Positions 15,201-31,488 of a DNA stretch of 64,000 bases are shown one piece after another; positions within the stretch are counted from its first letter, which is position 1, and each line of letters starts with the position of its first letter. Below the pieces are notes generated by a model. The model worked only from the letters and a program-made list of their open reading frames with translations, searched no databases and was not told the DNA's origin. The translations under genes and the position numbers were made by a program. Source of the DNA: Eledone cirrhosa. Its lineage: Eukaryota. The stretch covers positions 29,698,001 through 29,762,000 of the forward strand of contig OZ024760.1 in assembly GCA_964016885.1 (NCBI GenBank), in the 5' to 3' direction.

Positions 15201-18200
15201 GCTAAGTAATGTGTAATGTAATGTAATGTAATGTAATGTAATGTAATGTAACGTAATGTAACGTGTAATGTAATGTAATGTAATGTAATGTAATGTAATG
15301 TAATGTAATGTAATGTAATGTGTAATAATTAAATGTAATGTAATGTAATGTAGTGTGTAATGTAATGTAATGTAATGTAATGTAATGTGTAATGTAATGT
15401 AATGTAATGTAATGTGTAATATAATGTAATGTAATGTAATGTAGTGTGTAATGTAATGTAAGGTAATGTGTAATGTAATGTAATGTAATGTAATGTAATG
15501 TGTAACGTAATGTAATGTAATGTAATATGTAATGTAATGTAATGTAAATGTAATGTAATGTAATGTAATGTAATGTAATGTAATGTGATGTGTAATGTAA
15601 TGTGTAACGTAATGTAATGTAATGTAATGTGTAATGTAATGTAATGTAATGTGTAATGTAATGTAATGTAATGTAATGTAATGTGTAATGTAATCTAATG
15701 TAATGTAATCTGTAATATAATGTAATGTAATGTAATGTAGTGTGTAATGTAATGTAAGGTAATGTGTAATGTAATGTAATGTAATGTAATGTAATGTAAT
15801 GTAATGTAATGTAATGTAATGTGTAATGTAATGTAATGTAATGTAATATGTAATGTAATGTAATGTAATGTAATGTAATGTGTAATGTAATGTAAGGTAA
15901 TGTGTAATGTAATGTAATGTAATGTAATGTAATGTAATGTAATGTAATGTAATGTAATGTAATGTAATGTGTAATGTAATGTAATGTAATGTAATATGTA
16001 ATGTAATGTAATGTAATGTAATGTAATGTAATGTGTAATGTAATGTAATGTAATGTAATGTAATGTAATGTGTAATGTAATGTGTAACGTAATGTAATGT
16101 AATGTAATGTGTAATGTAATGTAATGTAATATAATGTAATGTAATGTAATGTAATGTAATGTAATGTAATGTAATGTAATGTAATGTGTAATGTAATGTA
16201 ATATAATGTAATGTGTAATGTAATGTAATATAATGTAATGTAATGTAACGTAATGTAATGTAATGTAATGTAATGTAATGTAATGTGTAATTACATGTAA
16301 TGTAATGAAATGTAATGTAATGTAATGTAATGTGTAATGTAATGTAATGTGTAATGTAATATAATGTAATGTAGTGTGTAATGTAATGTAATGTAATATG
16401 TAATGTAATGTAATGTAATATAATGTAATGTAATATAGTGTGTAATGTAATGTAATGTAATGTGTAATGTAATGTAATGTAATGTAATGTGAAATGTAAT
16501 GTAAAGTAATTTAATGTAATGTAATGTGTAATGTAATGTAATGTGTAATGTAATGTAATGTAATGTAATGTAACGTAATGTAATGTAATGTGTAATGTAA
16601 TGTAATGTAACGTGTAATGTAATGTAATGTAATGTAATGTAATGTAATGTAATGTAATGTAATGTAGTGTGTAATGTAATGTAATGTAATGGAATGTAAT
16701 GTAATGTACTGTAATGTGTAATGGAATGTATCGTAATGTAACGTGTAATGTAATGTAATGTAATGTAATGTGTAATGTAATGTAATGTAATGTGTAATAT
16801 AATGTAATGTAGTTTGTAATGTAATGTAATGTAATGTAATGTAATGTAACGTAATGTAACGTGTAATGTAATGTAATGTAATGTAATGTAATGTAATGTA
16901 ATGTAATGTAATGTAATGTGTAATAATTAAATGTAATGTAATGTAATGTAGTGTGTAATGTAATGTAATGTAATGTAATGTAATGTGTAATGTAATGTAA
17001 TGTAATGTAATGTGTAATATAATGTAATGTAATGTAATGTAGTGTGTAATGTAATGTAAGGTAATGTGTAATGTAATGTAATGTAATGTAATGTAATGTG
17101 TAACGTAATGTAATGTAATGTAATATGTAATGTAATGTAATGTAAATGTAATGTAATGTAATGTAATGTAATGTAATGTAATGTGATGTGTAATGTAATG
17201 TGTAACGTAATGTAATGTAATGTAATGTGTAATGTAATGTAATGTAATGTGTAATGTAATGTAATGTAATGTAATGTAATGTGTAATGTAATCTAATGTA
17301 ATGTAATCTGTAATATAATGTAATGTAATGTAATGTAGTGTGTAATGTAATGTAAGGTAATGTGTAATGTAATGTAATGTAATGTAATGTAATGTAATGT
17401 AATGTAATGTAATGTAATGTGTAATGTAATGTAATGTAATGTAATATGTAATGTAATGTAATGTAATGTAATGTAATGTGTAATGTAATGTAAGGTAATG
17501 TGTAATGTAATGTAATGTAATGTAATGTAATGTAATGTAATGTAAAGTAATGTAATGTAATGTAATGTGTAATGTAATGTAATGTAATGTAATATGTAAT
17601 GTAATGTAATGTAATGTAATGTAATGTAATGTAATGTGTAATGTAATGTAATGTAATGTAATGTAATGTAATGTGTAATGTAATGTGTAACGTAATGTAA
17701 TGTAATGTAATGTGTAATGTAATGTAATGTAATATAATGTAATGTAATGTAATGTAATGTAATGTAATGTAATGTAATGTAATGTGTAATGTAATGTAAT
17801 ATAATGTAATGTGTAATGTAATGTAATATAATGTAATGTAATGTAACGTAATGTAATGTAATGTAATGTAATGTAATGTAATGTGTAATTACATGTAATG
17901 TAATGAAATGTAATGTAATGTAATGTAATGTGTAATGTAATGTAATGTGTAATGTAATATAATGTAATGTAGTGTGTAATGTAATGTAATGTAATATGTA
18001 ATGTAATGTAATGTAATATAATGTAATGTAATATAGTGTGTAATGTAATGTAATGTAATGTGTAATGTAATGTAATGTAATGTAATGTGAAATGTAATGT
18101 AAAGTAATTTAATGTAATGTAATGTGTAATGTAATGTAATGTGTAATGTAATGTAATGTAATGTAATGTAACGTAATGTAATGTAATGTGTAATGTAATG

Positions 18201-19592
18201 TAATGTAATGTAATGTAATGTAATGTAATGTAATGTAATGTAATGTAATGTAGTGTGTAATGTAATGTAATGTAATGGAATGTAATGTAATGTACTGTAA
18301 TGTGTAATGGAATGTATCGTAATGTAACGTGAAATGTAATGTAATGTAATGTAATGTGTAATGTAATGTAATGTAATGTGTAATATAATGTAATGTAGTT
18401 TGTAATGTAATGTAATGTAATGTAGTGTGAAATGTAATGTAATGTAATGTAATGTAATGTGTAATGTAATGTGTAATGTAATGTAATGTAATCTAATGTA
18501 ATGTAATGTAATATAATGTGTAATGTAATGTAATGTGTAATGTAATGTAATGTAATGTAATTTAATGTAATGTAATGTAATGTGTAATGTAATGTAATGT
18601 AATGTGTAACGTAATGTAATGTAATGTAATGTAATGTAATGTAATGTGCAATGTAATGTAATGTAATGTAATGTAATGTGTAATGTAATGTAATGTAATG
18701 TAATGTAACGTGTAATGTAGTGTAATGTAATGTAATGTAATGTAATGTAATGTAATGTAATGTGTAATGTAATGTGTAATGTAATGTAATGTAATGTAAT
18801 GTAATATATGTAATGTAATGTAATGCAATGTAATGTAATGTAATGTGTAATGTAATGTAATGTAACGTGTAATGTAATGTAATGTAATGTAATGTAATGT
18901 GTAATGTAAAGTAATGTAATGTAATGTAGTGTGTAATGTAATGTAATGTTATGTAATGTGTAATGTAATGTAATGTAATGTAATGTGTAATGTAATGTAA
19001 TGTAATGTAATGTGTAATGTAATGTAATGTAATGTAATGTAATGTAATGTAATGTAATGTGTAATGTAATGTAATGTGTAATATAATGTAATGTATTGTA
19101 ATGTAATGTGTAATGTAATGTAATGTAATGTAATGAAATGTGTAATGTAATGTGTAATGTAATGTAATGTGTAATGTGTAATGTAATGTAATATAATGTA
19201 ATGTAATGTAATGTAATGTAATGTGTAATGTAATGTAATGTAATGTAATGTAATGTAATGTAATGTGTAATGTAATGTAATGTAATGTAATGTAATGTGT
19301 AATGTAATGAAATGTAATGCTAAGTAATGTGTAATGTAATGTAATGTAATGTAACGCAATGTAACGTGTAATGTAATGTAATGTAATGTAATGTAATGTA
19401 ATGTAATGTAATGTAATGTAATGTAATATAATGTAATGTAATGTAATGTAATGTAACTTGTAATGTAATGTGTAATGTAATGTAATGTAATGTAATTTAA
19501 TGTGTAATGTAACGTAATGTAATGTGTAATGTAATGTAATGTGTAATGTAATGTAATGTAATGTAATGAAATGTAATGTAATGTAATGTAAT
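12236..19592 (+). repeat. Second copy of the 12235-bp-offset block
   Basis: As above. The sequence at 12236 matches position 1 onward. Confidence 0.92.
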
Positions 19593-22500
19593 GTGTAATG
19601 TAATGTAATGTGTAATGTAATATAATGTAATGTAGTGTGTAATGTAATGTAATGTAATATGTAATGTAATGTAATGTAATGTAATGTAATATAGTGTGTA
19701 ATGTAATGTAATGTAATGTAATGTGTAATGTAATGTAATGTAATGTAATGTAATGTGAAATGTAATGTAAAGTAATTTAATGTAATGTAATGTGTAATGT
19801 AATGTAATGTGTAATGTAATGTAATGTAATGTAATGTAACGTAATGTAATGTAATGTGTAATGTAATGTAATGTAACGTGTAATGTAATGTAATGTAATG
19901 TAATGTAATGTAATGTAATGTAATGTAGTGTGTAATGTAATGTAATGTAATGGAATGTAATGTAATGTACTGTAATGTGTAATGGAATGTATCGTAATGT
20001 AACGTGTAATGTAATGTAATGTAATGTAATGTGTAATGTAATGTAATGTAATGTGTAATATAATGTAATGTAATGTAGTTTGTAATGTAATGTAATGTAA
20101 TGTAGTGTGAAATGTAATGTAATGTAATGTAATGTAATGTGTAATGTAATGTGTAATGTAATGTAATGTAATCTAATGTAATGTAATGTAATATAATGTG
20201 TAATGTAATGTAATGTGTAATGTAATGTAATGTAATGTAATTTAATGTAATGTAATGTAATGTGTAATGTAATGTAATGTAATGTGTAACGTAATGTAAT
20301 GTAATGTAATGTAATGTAATGTAATGTAATGTGTAATGTAATGTAATGTAATGTAATGTGTAATGTAATGTAATGTAATGTAATGTAATGTAATGTAATG
20401 TAATGTGTAATGTAATGTAATGTAATGTAATGTAACGTGTAATGTCGTGTAATGTAATGTAATGTAATGTAATGTAATGTAATGTAATGTAATGTGTAAT
20501 GTAATGTGTAATGTAATGTAATGTAATGTAATGTAATATATGTAATGTAATGTAATGCAATGTAATGTAATGTAATGTGTAATGTAATGTAATGTAACGT
20601 GTAATGTAATGTAATGTAATGTAATGTAATGTAATGTAATGTAATGTGTAATGTAATGTAATGTGTAATGTAAAGTAATGTAATGTAATGTAATGTGTAA
20701 TGTAATGTAATCTAATGTAGTGTGTAATGTAATGTAATGTTATGTAATGTGTAATGTAATGTAATGTAATGTGTAATGTAATGTAATGTAATGTAATGTG
20801 TAATGTAATGTAATGTAATGTAATGTAATGTAATGTAATGTAATGTAATGTAATGTAATGTAATGTAATGTGTAATGTAATGTAATGTGTAATATAATGT
20901 AATGTATTGTAATGTAATGTGTAATGTAATGTAATGTAATGTAATGAAATGTGTAATGTAATGTGTAATGTAATGTAATGTGTAATGTGTAATGTAATGT
21001 AATATAATGTAATGTAATGTAATGTGTAATGTAATGTAATGTAATGTAATGTAATGTAATGTAATGTGTAATGTAATGTAATGTAATGTGTAATGTAATG
21101 TAATGTAATGCTAAGTAATGTGTAATGTAATGTAATGTAATGTAATGTAATGTAACGTAATGTAACGTGTAATGTAATGTAATGTAATGTGTAATGTAAT
21201 GTAATGTAATGTAATGTAATATAATGTAATGTAATGTGTAATAATTAAATGTAATGTAATGTAATGTAGTGTGTAATGTAATGTAATGTAATGTAATGTA
21301 ATGTAATGTAATGTGTAATGTAATGTAATGTAATGTAATGTGTAATATAATGTAATGTAATGTAATGTAGTGTGTAATGTAATGTAAGGTAATGTGTAAT
21401 GTAATGTAATGTAATGTAATGTAATGTGTAACGTAATGTAATGTAATGTAATATGTAATGTAATGTAATGTAATGTAAATGTAATGTAATGTAATGTAAT
21501 GTAATGTAATGTGTAATGTAATGTGTAACGTAATGTAATGTAATGTAATGTGTAATGTAATGTAATGTAATGTGTAATGTAATGTAATGTAATGTAATGT
21601 AATGTGTAATGTAATCTAATGTAATGTAATGTGTAATATAATGTAATGTAATGTAATGTAGTGTGTAATGTAATGTAAGGTAATGTGTAATGTAATGTAA
21701 TGTAATGTAATGTAATGTAATGTAATGTGTAATGTAATGTAATGTAATGTAATATGTAATGTAATGTAATGTAATGTAATGTAATGTAATGTGTAATGTA
21801 ATGTAAGGTAATGTGTAATGTAATGTAATGTAATGTAATGTAATGTAATGTAATGTAATGTAATGTAATGTAATGTAATGTAATGTGTAATGTAATGTAA
21901 TGTAATGTAATATGTAATGTAATGTAATGTAATGTAATGTAATGTGTAATGTAATGTAATGTAATGTAATGTAATGTAATGTGTAATGTAATGTGTAACG
22001 TAATGTAATGTAATGTAATGTGTAATGTAATGTAATGTAATTTGTAATGTAATGTAATGTAATGTAATGTAATGTAATGTAACGTAATGTAATGTGTAAT
22101 GTAATGTAATGTAATGTGTAATGTAATGTAATGTAATATAATGTAATGTAATGTAATGTAATGTAATGTAACCTGTAATGTAATGTGTAATGTAATGTAA
22201 TGTAATGTAATTTAATGTGTAATGTAACGTAATGTAATGTGTAATGTAATGTAATGTGTAATGTAATGTAATGTAATGTGTAATGTAATGTAATGTAATG
22301 TAATATAATGTAATGTAATGTAATGTGTAATGTAATGTAATGTAATGTAATGTAGTGTGTAATGTAATGTAATGTAATGTACTGTAATGTGTAATGTAAG
22401 GTAATGTAATGTGTAATGTAATGTAATGTAATATAATGTAATGTAATGTGCAATCTAATGTAATGTAATGTGTAATGTAATGTAATGTAGTGTGTAATGT

Positions 22501-25500
22501 AATGTAATGTAATGTAATGTAATGTAATGTAATGTAATGTAATGTAATGTGTAATGTAATGTAATGTAATGTAATGTAATGTAATGTAATGTAATGTAAT
22601 ATAATATAATGTGTAATGTAATGTAATGTAATGTAATGTGTAATGTAATGTAATGTAATGTAATGTAACGTAATTTAATGTAATGTAATGTAATGTAATG
22701 TAATTTGTAATGTAATGTAATGTGTAATGTAATGTAATGTAATGTGTAATGTAATGTAATGTAATGTCATGTAATGTGTAATGTAGTGTAATGTAATGTA
22801 ATGTAATGTAATGTAATGTAATGTGTAATGTAATGTGTAATGTAATGTAATGTAATGTAATGTAAAGTAATATATGTAATGTAATGTAATGTAATGTAAT
22901 GTAATGTAATGTAATGTAATGTAATGTAATGTAACGTGTAATGTAATGTGTAATGTAATGTAATGTAATGTAATTTAATGTGTAATGTAACGTACTGTAA
23001 TGTGTAATGTAATGTAATGTGTAATGTAATGTAATGTAATGTAATGTAATGTGTAATGTAATGTAATGTAATATAATGTAATGTAATGTAATGTGTAATG
23101 TAATGTAATGTAATGTAATGTAATGTAATGTAGTGTGTAATGTAATGTAATGTAATGTAATGTACTGTAATGTGTAATGTAAGGTAATGTAATGTGTAAT
23201 GTAATGTAATGTAATATAATGTAATGTAATGTGCAATCTAATGTAATGTAATGTAATGTGTAATGTAATGTAATGTAACGTGTAATGTAATGTAATGTAA
23301 TGTAATGTAATGTAATGTAATGTAGTGTGTAATGTAATGTAATGTAATGTAATGGAATGTAATGTAATGTACTGTAATGTGTAATGGAATGTATCGTAAT
23401 GTAACGTGTAATGTAATGTAATGTAATGTAATGTGTAATGTAATGTAATGTAATGTGTAATATAATGTAATGTAATGTAGTTTGTAATGTAATGTAATGT
23501 AATGTAGTGTGAAATGTAATGTAATGTAATGTAATGTGTAATGTAATGTGTAATGTAATGTAATGTAATCTAATGTAATGTAATGTAATATAATGTGTAA
23601 TGTAATGTAATGTGTAATGTAATGTAATGTAATGTAATTTAATGTAATGTAATGTAATGTGTAATGTAATGTAATGTAATGTGTAACGTAATGTAATGTA
23701 ATGTAATGTAATGTAATGTAATGTAATGTGTAATGTAATGTAATGTAATGTAATGTAATGTGTAATGTAATGTAATGTAATGTAATGTAACGTGTAATGT
23801 AGTGTAATGTAATGTAATGTAATGTGTAATGTAATGTGTAATGTAATGTAATGTAATGTAATGTAATATATGTAATGTAATGTAATGCAATGTAATGTAA
23901 TGTAATGTGTAATGTAATGTAATGTAACGTGTAATGTAATGTAATGTAATGTAATGTAATGTAATGTAATGTAATGTAATGTGTAATGTAATGTAATGTG
24001 TAATGTAAAGTAATATAATGTAATGTGTAATGTAATGTAATCTAATGTAGTGTGTAATGTAATGTAATGTTATGTAATGTGTAATGTAATGTAATGTAAT
24101 GTGTAATGTAATGTAATGTAATGTAATGTGTAATGTAATGTAATGTAATGTAATGTAATGTAATGTAATGTAATGTGTAATGTAATGTAATGTGTAATAT
24201 AATGTAATGTATTGTAATGTAATGTGTAATGTAATGTAATGTAATGTAATGAAATGTGTAATGTAATGTGTAATGTAATGTAATGTGTAATGTGTAATGT
24301 AATGTAATATAATGTAATGTAATGTAATGTAATGTAATGTGTAATGTAATGTAATGTAATGTAATGTAATGTGTAATGTAATGTAATGTAATGTAATGTA
24401 ATGTAATGTAATGTGTAATGTAATGTAATGTAATGCTAAGTAATGTGTAATGTAATGTAATGTAATGTAATGTAATGTAATGTAATGTAACGTAATGTAA
24501 CGTGTAATGTAATGTGTAATCTAATGTAATGTAATGTAATGTAATGTAATGTGTAATGTAATGTAATGTAATGTAATGTAATGTAATGTGTAATGTAATG
24601 TAATGTAATGTAATGTGTAATATAATGTAATGTAATGTAATGTAGTGTGTAATGTAATGTAAGGTAATGTGTAATGTAATGTAATGTAATGTAATATAAT
24701 GTGTAACGTAATGTAATGTAATGTAATATGTAATGTAATGTAATGTAATGTAAATGTAATGTAATGTAATGTAATGTAATGTAATGTGATGTGTAATGTA
24801 ATGTGTAACGTAATGTAATGTAATGTAATGTGTAATGTAATGTAATGTAATGTGTAATGTAATGTAATGTAATGTAATGTAATGTGTAATGTAATCTAAT
24901 GTAATGTAATCTGTAATATAATGTAATGTAATGTAATGTAGTGTGTAATGTAATGTAAGGTAATGTGTAATGTAATGTAATGTAATGTAATGTAATGTAA
25001 TGTAATGTAATGTAATGTGTAATGTAATGTAATGTAATGTAATATGTAATGTAATGTAATGTAATGTAATGTAATGTAATGTGTAATGTAATGTAAGGTA
25101 ATGTGTAATGTAATTTAATGTAATGTAATGTAATGTAATGTAATGTAATGTAATGTAATGTGTAATGTAATGTAATGTAATGTAATATGTAATGTAATGT
25201 AATGTAATGTAATGTAATGTAATGTGTAATGTAATGTAATGTAATGTAATGTAATGTAATGTGTAATGTAATGTGTAACGTAATGTAATGTAATGTAATG
25301 TGTAATGTAATGTAATGTAATATAATGTAATGTAATGTAATGTAATGTAATGTAATGTAATGTAATGTAATGTAATGTAATGTAATGTGTAATGTAATGT
25401 AATATAATGTAATGTGTAATGTAATGTAATGTAATATAATGTAATGTAATGTAACGTAATGTAATGTAATGTAATGTAATGTAATGTGTAATGTAATGTA

Positions 25501-28500
25501 ATGTGTAATATAATGTAATGTATTGTAATGTAATGTGTAATGTAATGTAATGTAATGTAATGAAATGTGTAATGTAATGTGTAATGTAATGTAATGTGTA
25601 ATGTGTAATGTAATGTAATATAATGTAATGTAATGTAATGTAATGTAATGTGTAATGTAATGTAATGTAATGTAATGTAATGTGTAATGTAATGTAATGT
25701 AATGTAATGTAATGTAATGTAATGTAATGTGTAATGTAATGTAATGTAATGCTAAGTAATGTGTAATGTAATGTAATGTAATGTAATGTAATGTAATGTA
25801 ATGTAACGTAATGTAACGTGTAATGTAATGTGTAATGTAATGTAATGTAATGTAATGTAATGTAATGTAATGTGTAATAATTAAATGTAATGTAATGTAA
25901 TGTAGTGTGTAATGTAATGTAATGTAATGTAATGTAATGTAATGTGTAATGTAATGTAATGTAATGTAATGTGTAATATAATGTAATGTAATGTAATGTA
26001 GTGTGTAATGTAATGTAAGGTAATGTGTAATGTAATGTAATGTAATGTAATATAATGTGTAACGTAATGTAATGTAATGTAATATGTAATGTAATGTAAT
26101 GTAATGTAAATGTAATGTAATGTAATGTAATGTAATGTAATGTGATGTGTAATGTAATGTGTAACGTAATGTAATGTAATGTAATGTGTAATGTAATGTA
26201 ATGTAATGTGTAATGTAATGTAATGTAATGTAATGTAATGTGTAACGTAATCTAATGTAATGTAATCTGTAATATAATGTAATGTAATGTAATGTAGTGT
26301 GTAATGTAATGTAAGGTAATGTGTAATGTAATGTAATGTAATGTAATGTAATGTAATGTAATGTAATGTAATGTGTAATGTAATGTAATGTAATGTAATA
26401 TGTAATGTAATGTAATGTAATGTAATGTAATGTAATGTGTAATGTAATGTAAGGTAATGTGTAATGTAATTTAATGTAATGTAATGTAATGTAATGTAAT
26501 GTAATGTAATGTAATGTGTAATGTAATGTAATGTAATGTAATATGTAATGTAATGTAATGTAATGTAATGTAATGTAATGTGTAATGTAATGTAATGTAA
26601 TGTAATGTAATGTAATGTGTAATGTAATGTGTAACGTAATGTAATGTAATGTAATGTGTAATGTAATGTAATGTAATATAATGTAATGTAATGTAATGTA
26701 ACGTAATGTAATGTAATGTAATGTAATGTAATGTAATGTAATGTGTAATGTAATGTAATATAATGTAATGTGTAATGTAATGTAATGTAATATAATGTAA
26801 TGTAATGTAACGTAATGTAATGTAATGTAATGTAATGTAATGTAATGTAATGTGTAATTATATGTAATGTAATGAAATGTAATGTAATGTAATGTAATGT
26901 GTAATGTAATATAATGTAATGTAGTGTGTAATGTAATGTAATGTAATATGTAATGTAATGTAATATAATGTAATGTAATATAGTGTGTAATGTAATGTAA
27001 TGTAATGTGTAATGTAATGTAATGTAATGTAATGTGAAATGTAATGTAAAGTAATTTAATGTAATGTAATGTGTAATGTAATGTAATGTGTAATGTAATG
27101 TAATGTAATGTAATGTAACGTAATGTAATGTAATGTGTAATGTAATGTAATGTAACATGTAATGTAATGTAATGTAATGTAATGTAATGTAGTGTGTAAT
27201 ATAATGTAATGTAATGGAATGTAATGTAATGTACTGTAATGCGTAATGGAATGTATCGTAATGTAACGTGTAATGTAATGTAATGTAATGTAATGTGTAA
27301 TGTAATGTAATGTAATGTGTAATATAATGTAATGTAATGTAGTTTGTAATGTAATGTAATGTAATGTAGTGTGAAATGTAATGTAATGTAATGTAATGTA
27401 ATGTGTAATGTAATGTGTAATGTAATGTAATGTAATCTAATGTAATGTAATGTAATATAATGTGTAATGTAATGTAATGTGTAATGTAATGTAATGTAAT
27501 GTAATTTAATGTAATGTAATGTAATGTGTAATGTAATGTAATGTAATGTGTAACGTAATGTAATGTAATGTAATGTAATGTAATGTAATGTGCAATGTAA
27601 TGTAATGTAATGTAATGTAATGTGTAATGTAATGTAATGTAATGTAATGTAACGTGTAATGTAGTGTAATGTAATGTAATGTAATGTAATGTAATGTAAT
27701 GTAATGTGTAATGTAATGTGTAATGTAATGTAATGTAATGTAATGTAATGTAATGTAATATATGTAATGTAATGTAATGCAATGTAATGTAATGTAATGT
27801 GTAATGTAATGTAATGTAACGTGTAATGTAATGTAATGTAATGTGTAATGTAAAGTAATGTAATGTAATGTAGTGTGTAATGTAATGTAATGTTATGTAA
27901 TGTGTAATGTAATGTAATGTAATGTAATGTGTAATGTAATGTGTAATGTAATGTAATGTAATGTAATGTAATGTAATGTAATGTAATGTGTAATGTAATG
28001 TAATGTGTAATATAATGTAATGTATTGTAATGTAATGTGTAATGTAATGTAATGTAATGTAATGAAATGTGTAATGTAATGTGTAATGTAATGTAATGTG
28101 TAATGTGTAATGTAATGTAATATAATGTAATGTAATGTAATGTAATGTAATGTGTAATGTAATGTAATGTAATGTAATGTAATGTAATGTAATGTGTAAT
28201 GTAATGTAATGTAATGTAATGTAATGTGTAATGTAATGTAATGTAATGCTAAGTAATGTGTAATGTAATGTAATGTAATGTAATGTAATGTAACGTAATG
28301 TAACGTGTAATGTAATGTAATGTAATGTAATGTAATGTAATGTAATGTAATGTAATGTAATGTAATATAATGTAATGTAATGTAATGTAATGTAATGTAA
28401 CGTGTAATGTAATGTGTAATGTAATGTAATGTAATGTAATTTAATGTGTAATGTAACGTAATGTAATGTGTAATGTAATGTAATGTGTAATGTAATGTAA

Positions 28501-31488
28501 TGTAATGTAATGTAATGTGTAATTATATGTAATGTAATGAAATGTAATGTAATGTAATGTAATGTGTAATGTAATGTAATGTGTAATGTAATATAATGTA
28601 ATGTAGTGTGTAATGTAATGTAATGTAATATGTAATGTAATGTAATGTAATGTAATATAGTGTGTAATGTAATGTAATGTAATGTAATGTGTAATGTAAT
28701 GTAATGTAATGTAATGTGAAATGTAATGTAAAGTAATTTAATGTAATGTAATGTGTAATGTAATGTAATGTGTAATGTAATGTAATGTAATGTAATGTAA
28801 CGTAATGTAATGTAATGTGTAATGTAATGTAATGTAACGTGTAATGTAATGTAATGTAATGTAATGTAATGTAATGTAATGTAATGTAATGTATTGGAAT
28901 GTAATGTAATGTACTGTAATGTGTAATGGAATGTATCGTAATGTAACGTGTAATGTAATGTAATGTAATGTAATGTGTAATGTAATGTAATGTAATGTGT
29001 AATATAATGTAATGTAATGTAGTTTGTAATGTAATGTAATGTAATGTAGTGTGAAATGTAATGTAATGTAATGTAATGTGTAATGTAATGTGTAATGTAA
29101 TGTAATGTAATCTAATGTAATGTAATGTAATATAATGTGTAATGTAATGTAATGTGTAATGTAATGTAATGTAATGTAATTTAATGTAATGTAATGTAAT
29201 GTGTAATGTAATGTAATGTAATGTGTAACGTAATGTAATGTAATGTAATGTAATGTAATGTAATGTAATGTGTAATGTAATGTAATGTAATGTAATGTGT
29301 AATGTAATGTAATGTAATGTAACGTGTAATGTCGTGTAATGTAATGTAATGTAATGTAATGTAATGTAATGTGTAATGTAATGTGTAATGTAATGTAATG
29401 TAATGTAATGTAATGTAATGTAATATATGTAATGTAATGTAATGCAATGTAATGTAATGTAATGTGTAATGTAATGTAACGTGTAATGTAATGTAATGTA
29501 ATGTAATGTAATGTAATGTAATGTGTAATGTAATGTAATGTGTAATGTAAAGTAATGTAATGTAATGTAATGTGTAATGTAATGTAATCTAATGTAGTGT
29601 GTAATGTAATGTAATGTTATGTAATGTGTAATGTAATGTAATGTAATGTGTAATGTAATGTAATGTAATGTAATGTGTAATGTAATGTAATGTAATGTAA
29701 TGTAATGTAATGTAATGTAATGTGTAATGTAATGTAATGTGTAATATAATGTAATGTATTGTAATGTAATGTGTAATTTAATGTAATGTAATGTAATGAA
29801 ATGTGTAATGTAATGTGTAATGTAATGTAATGTGTAATGTGTAATGTAATGTAATATAATGTAATGTAATGTAATGTAATGTAATGTGTAATGTAATGTA
29901 ATGTAATGTAATGTAATGTAATGTGTAATGTAATGTAATGTAATGTGTAATGTAATGTAATGTAATGCTAAGTAATGTGTAATGTAATGTAATGTAATGT
30001 AATGTAATGTAACGTAATGTAACGTGTAATGTAATGTAATGTAATGTGTAATGTAATGTAATGTAATGTAATGTAATGTAATGTAATGTAATGTGTAATA
30101 ATTAAATGTAATGTAATGTAATGTAGTGTGTAATGTAATGTAATGTAATGTAATGTAATGTAATGTAATGTGTAATGTAATGTAATGTAATGTAATGTGT
30201 AATATAATGTAATGTAATGTAATGTAGTGTGTAATGTAATGTAAGGTAATGTGTAATGTAATGTAATGTAATGTAATGTAATGTGTAACGTAATGTAATG
30301 TAATGTAATATGTAATGTAATGTAATGTAATGTAAATGTAATGTAATGTAATGTAATGTAATGTAATGTGATGTGTAATGTAATGTGTAACGTAATGTAA
30401 TGTAATGTAATGTGTAATGTAATTTAATGTAATGTGTAATGTAATGTAATGTAATGTAATGTAATGTGTAATGTAATCTAATGTAATGTAATGTGTAATA
30501 TAATGTAATGTAATGTAATGTAGTGTGTAATGTAATGTAATGTAAGGTAATGTGTAATGTAATGTAATGTAATGTAATGTAATGTAATGTAATGTAATGT
30601 GTAATGTAATGTAATGTAATGTAATATGTAATGTAATGTAATGTAATGTAATGTAATGTAATGTGTAATGTAATGTAAGGTAATGTGTAATGTAATGTAA
30701 TGTAATGTAATGTAATGTAATGTAATGTAATGTAATGTGTAATGTAATGTAATGTAATGTAATATGTAATGTAATGTAATGTAATGTAATGTAATGTAAT
30801 GTGTAATGTAATGTAATGTAATGTAATGTAATGTAATGTGTAATGTAATGTGTAACGTAATGTAATGTAATGTAATGTGTAATGTAATGTAATGTAATTT
30901 GTAATGTAATGTAATGTAATGTAATGTAATGTAATGTAACGTAATGTAATGTGTAATGTAATGTAATGTAATGTGTAATGTAATGTAATGTAATGTAATA
31001 TAATGTAATGTAATGTAATGTAATGTAATGTAACCTGTAATGTAATGTGTAATGTAATGTAATGTAATGTAATTTAATGTGTAATGTAACGTAATGTAAT
31101 GTGTAATGTAATGAAATGTAATGTAATGTGTAATGTAATGTAATGTAATGTAATGTAATGTAATGTAATGTGTAATGTAATGTAATGTAATGTAATGTGT
31201 AATGAGATGTAACGTAATGTAATGTATTGTTTAATGTAATGTAATGTGTAATATAATGTAATGTAATGTAATGTGTAATGTAATGTAATATAATGTAATG
31301 TGTAATGTAATGTAATGTAATGTAATGTAATGTGTAATGTAATGTAATGTAATGTAATGTAATTTGTAATGTAATGTAATGTAATGTAATGTGTAATGTA
31401 ATGTAATGTAATGGAATGTGTAATGTAATGTGTAGTGTAATGTAATGTAATGTGTAATGTAATGTAATGTATTGTAATGTAATGTAAT

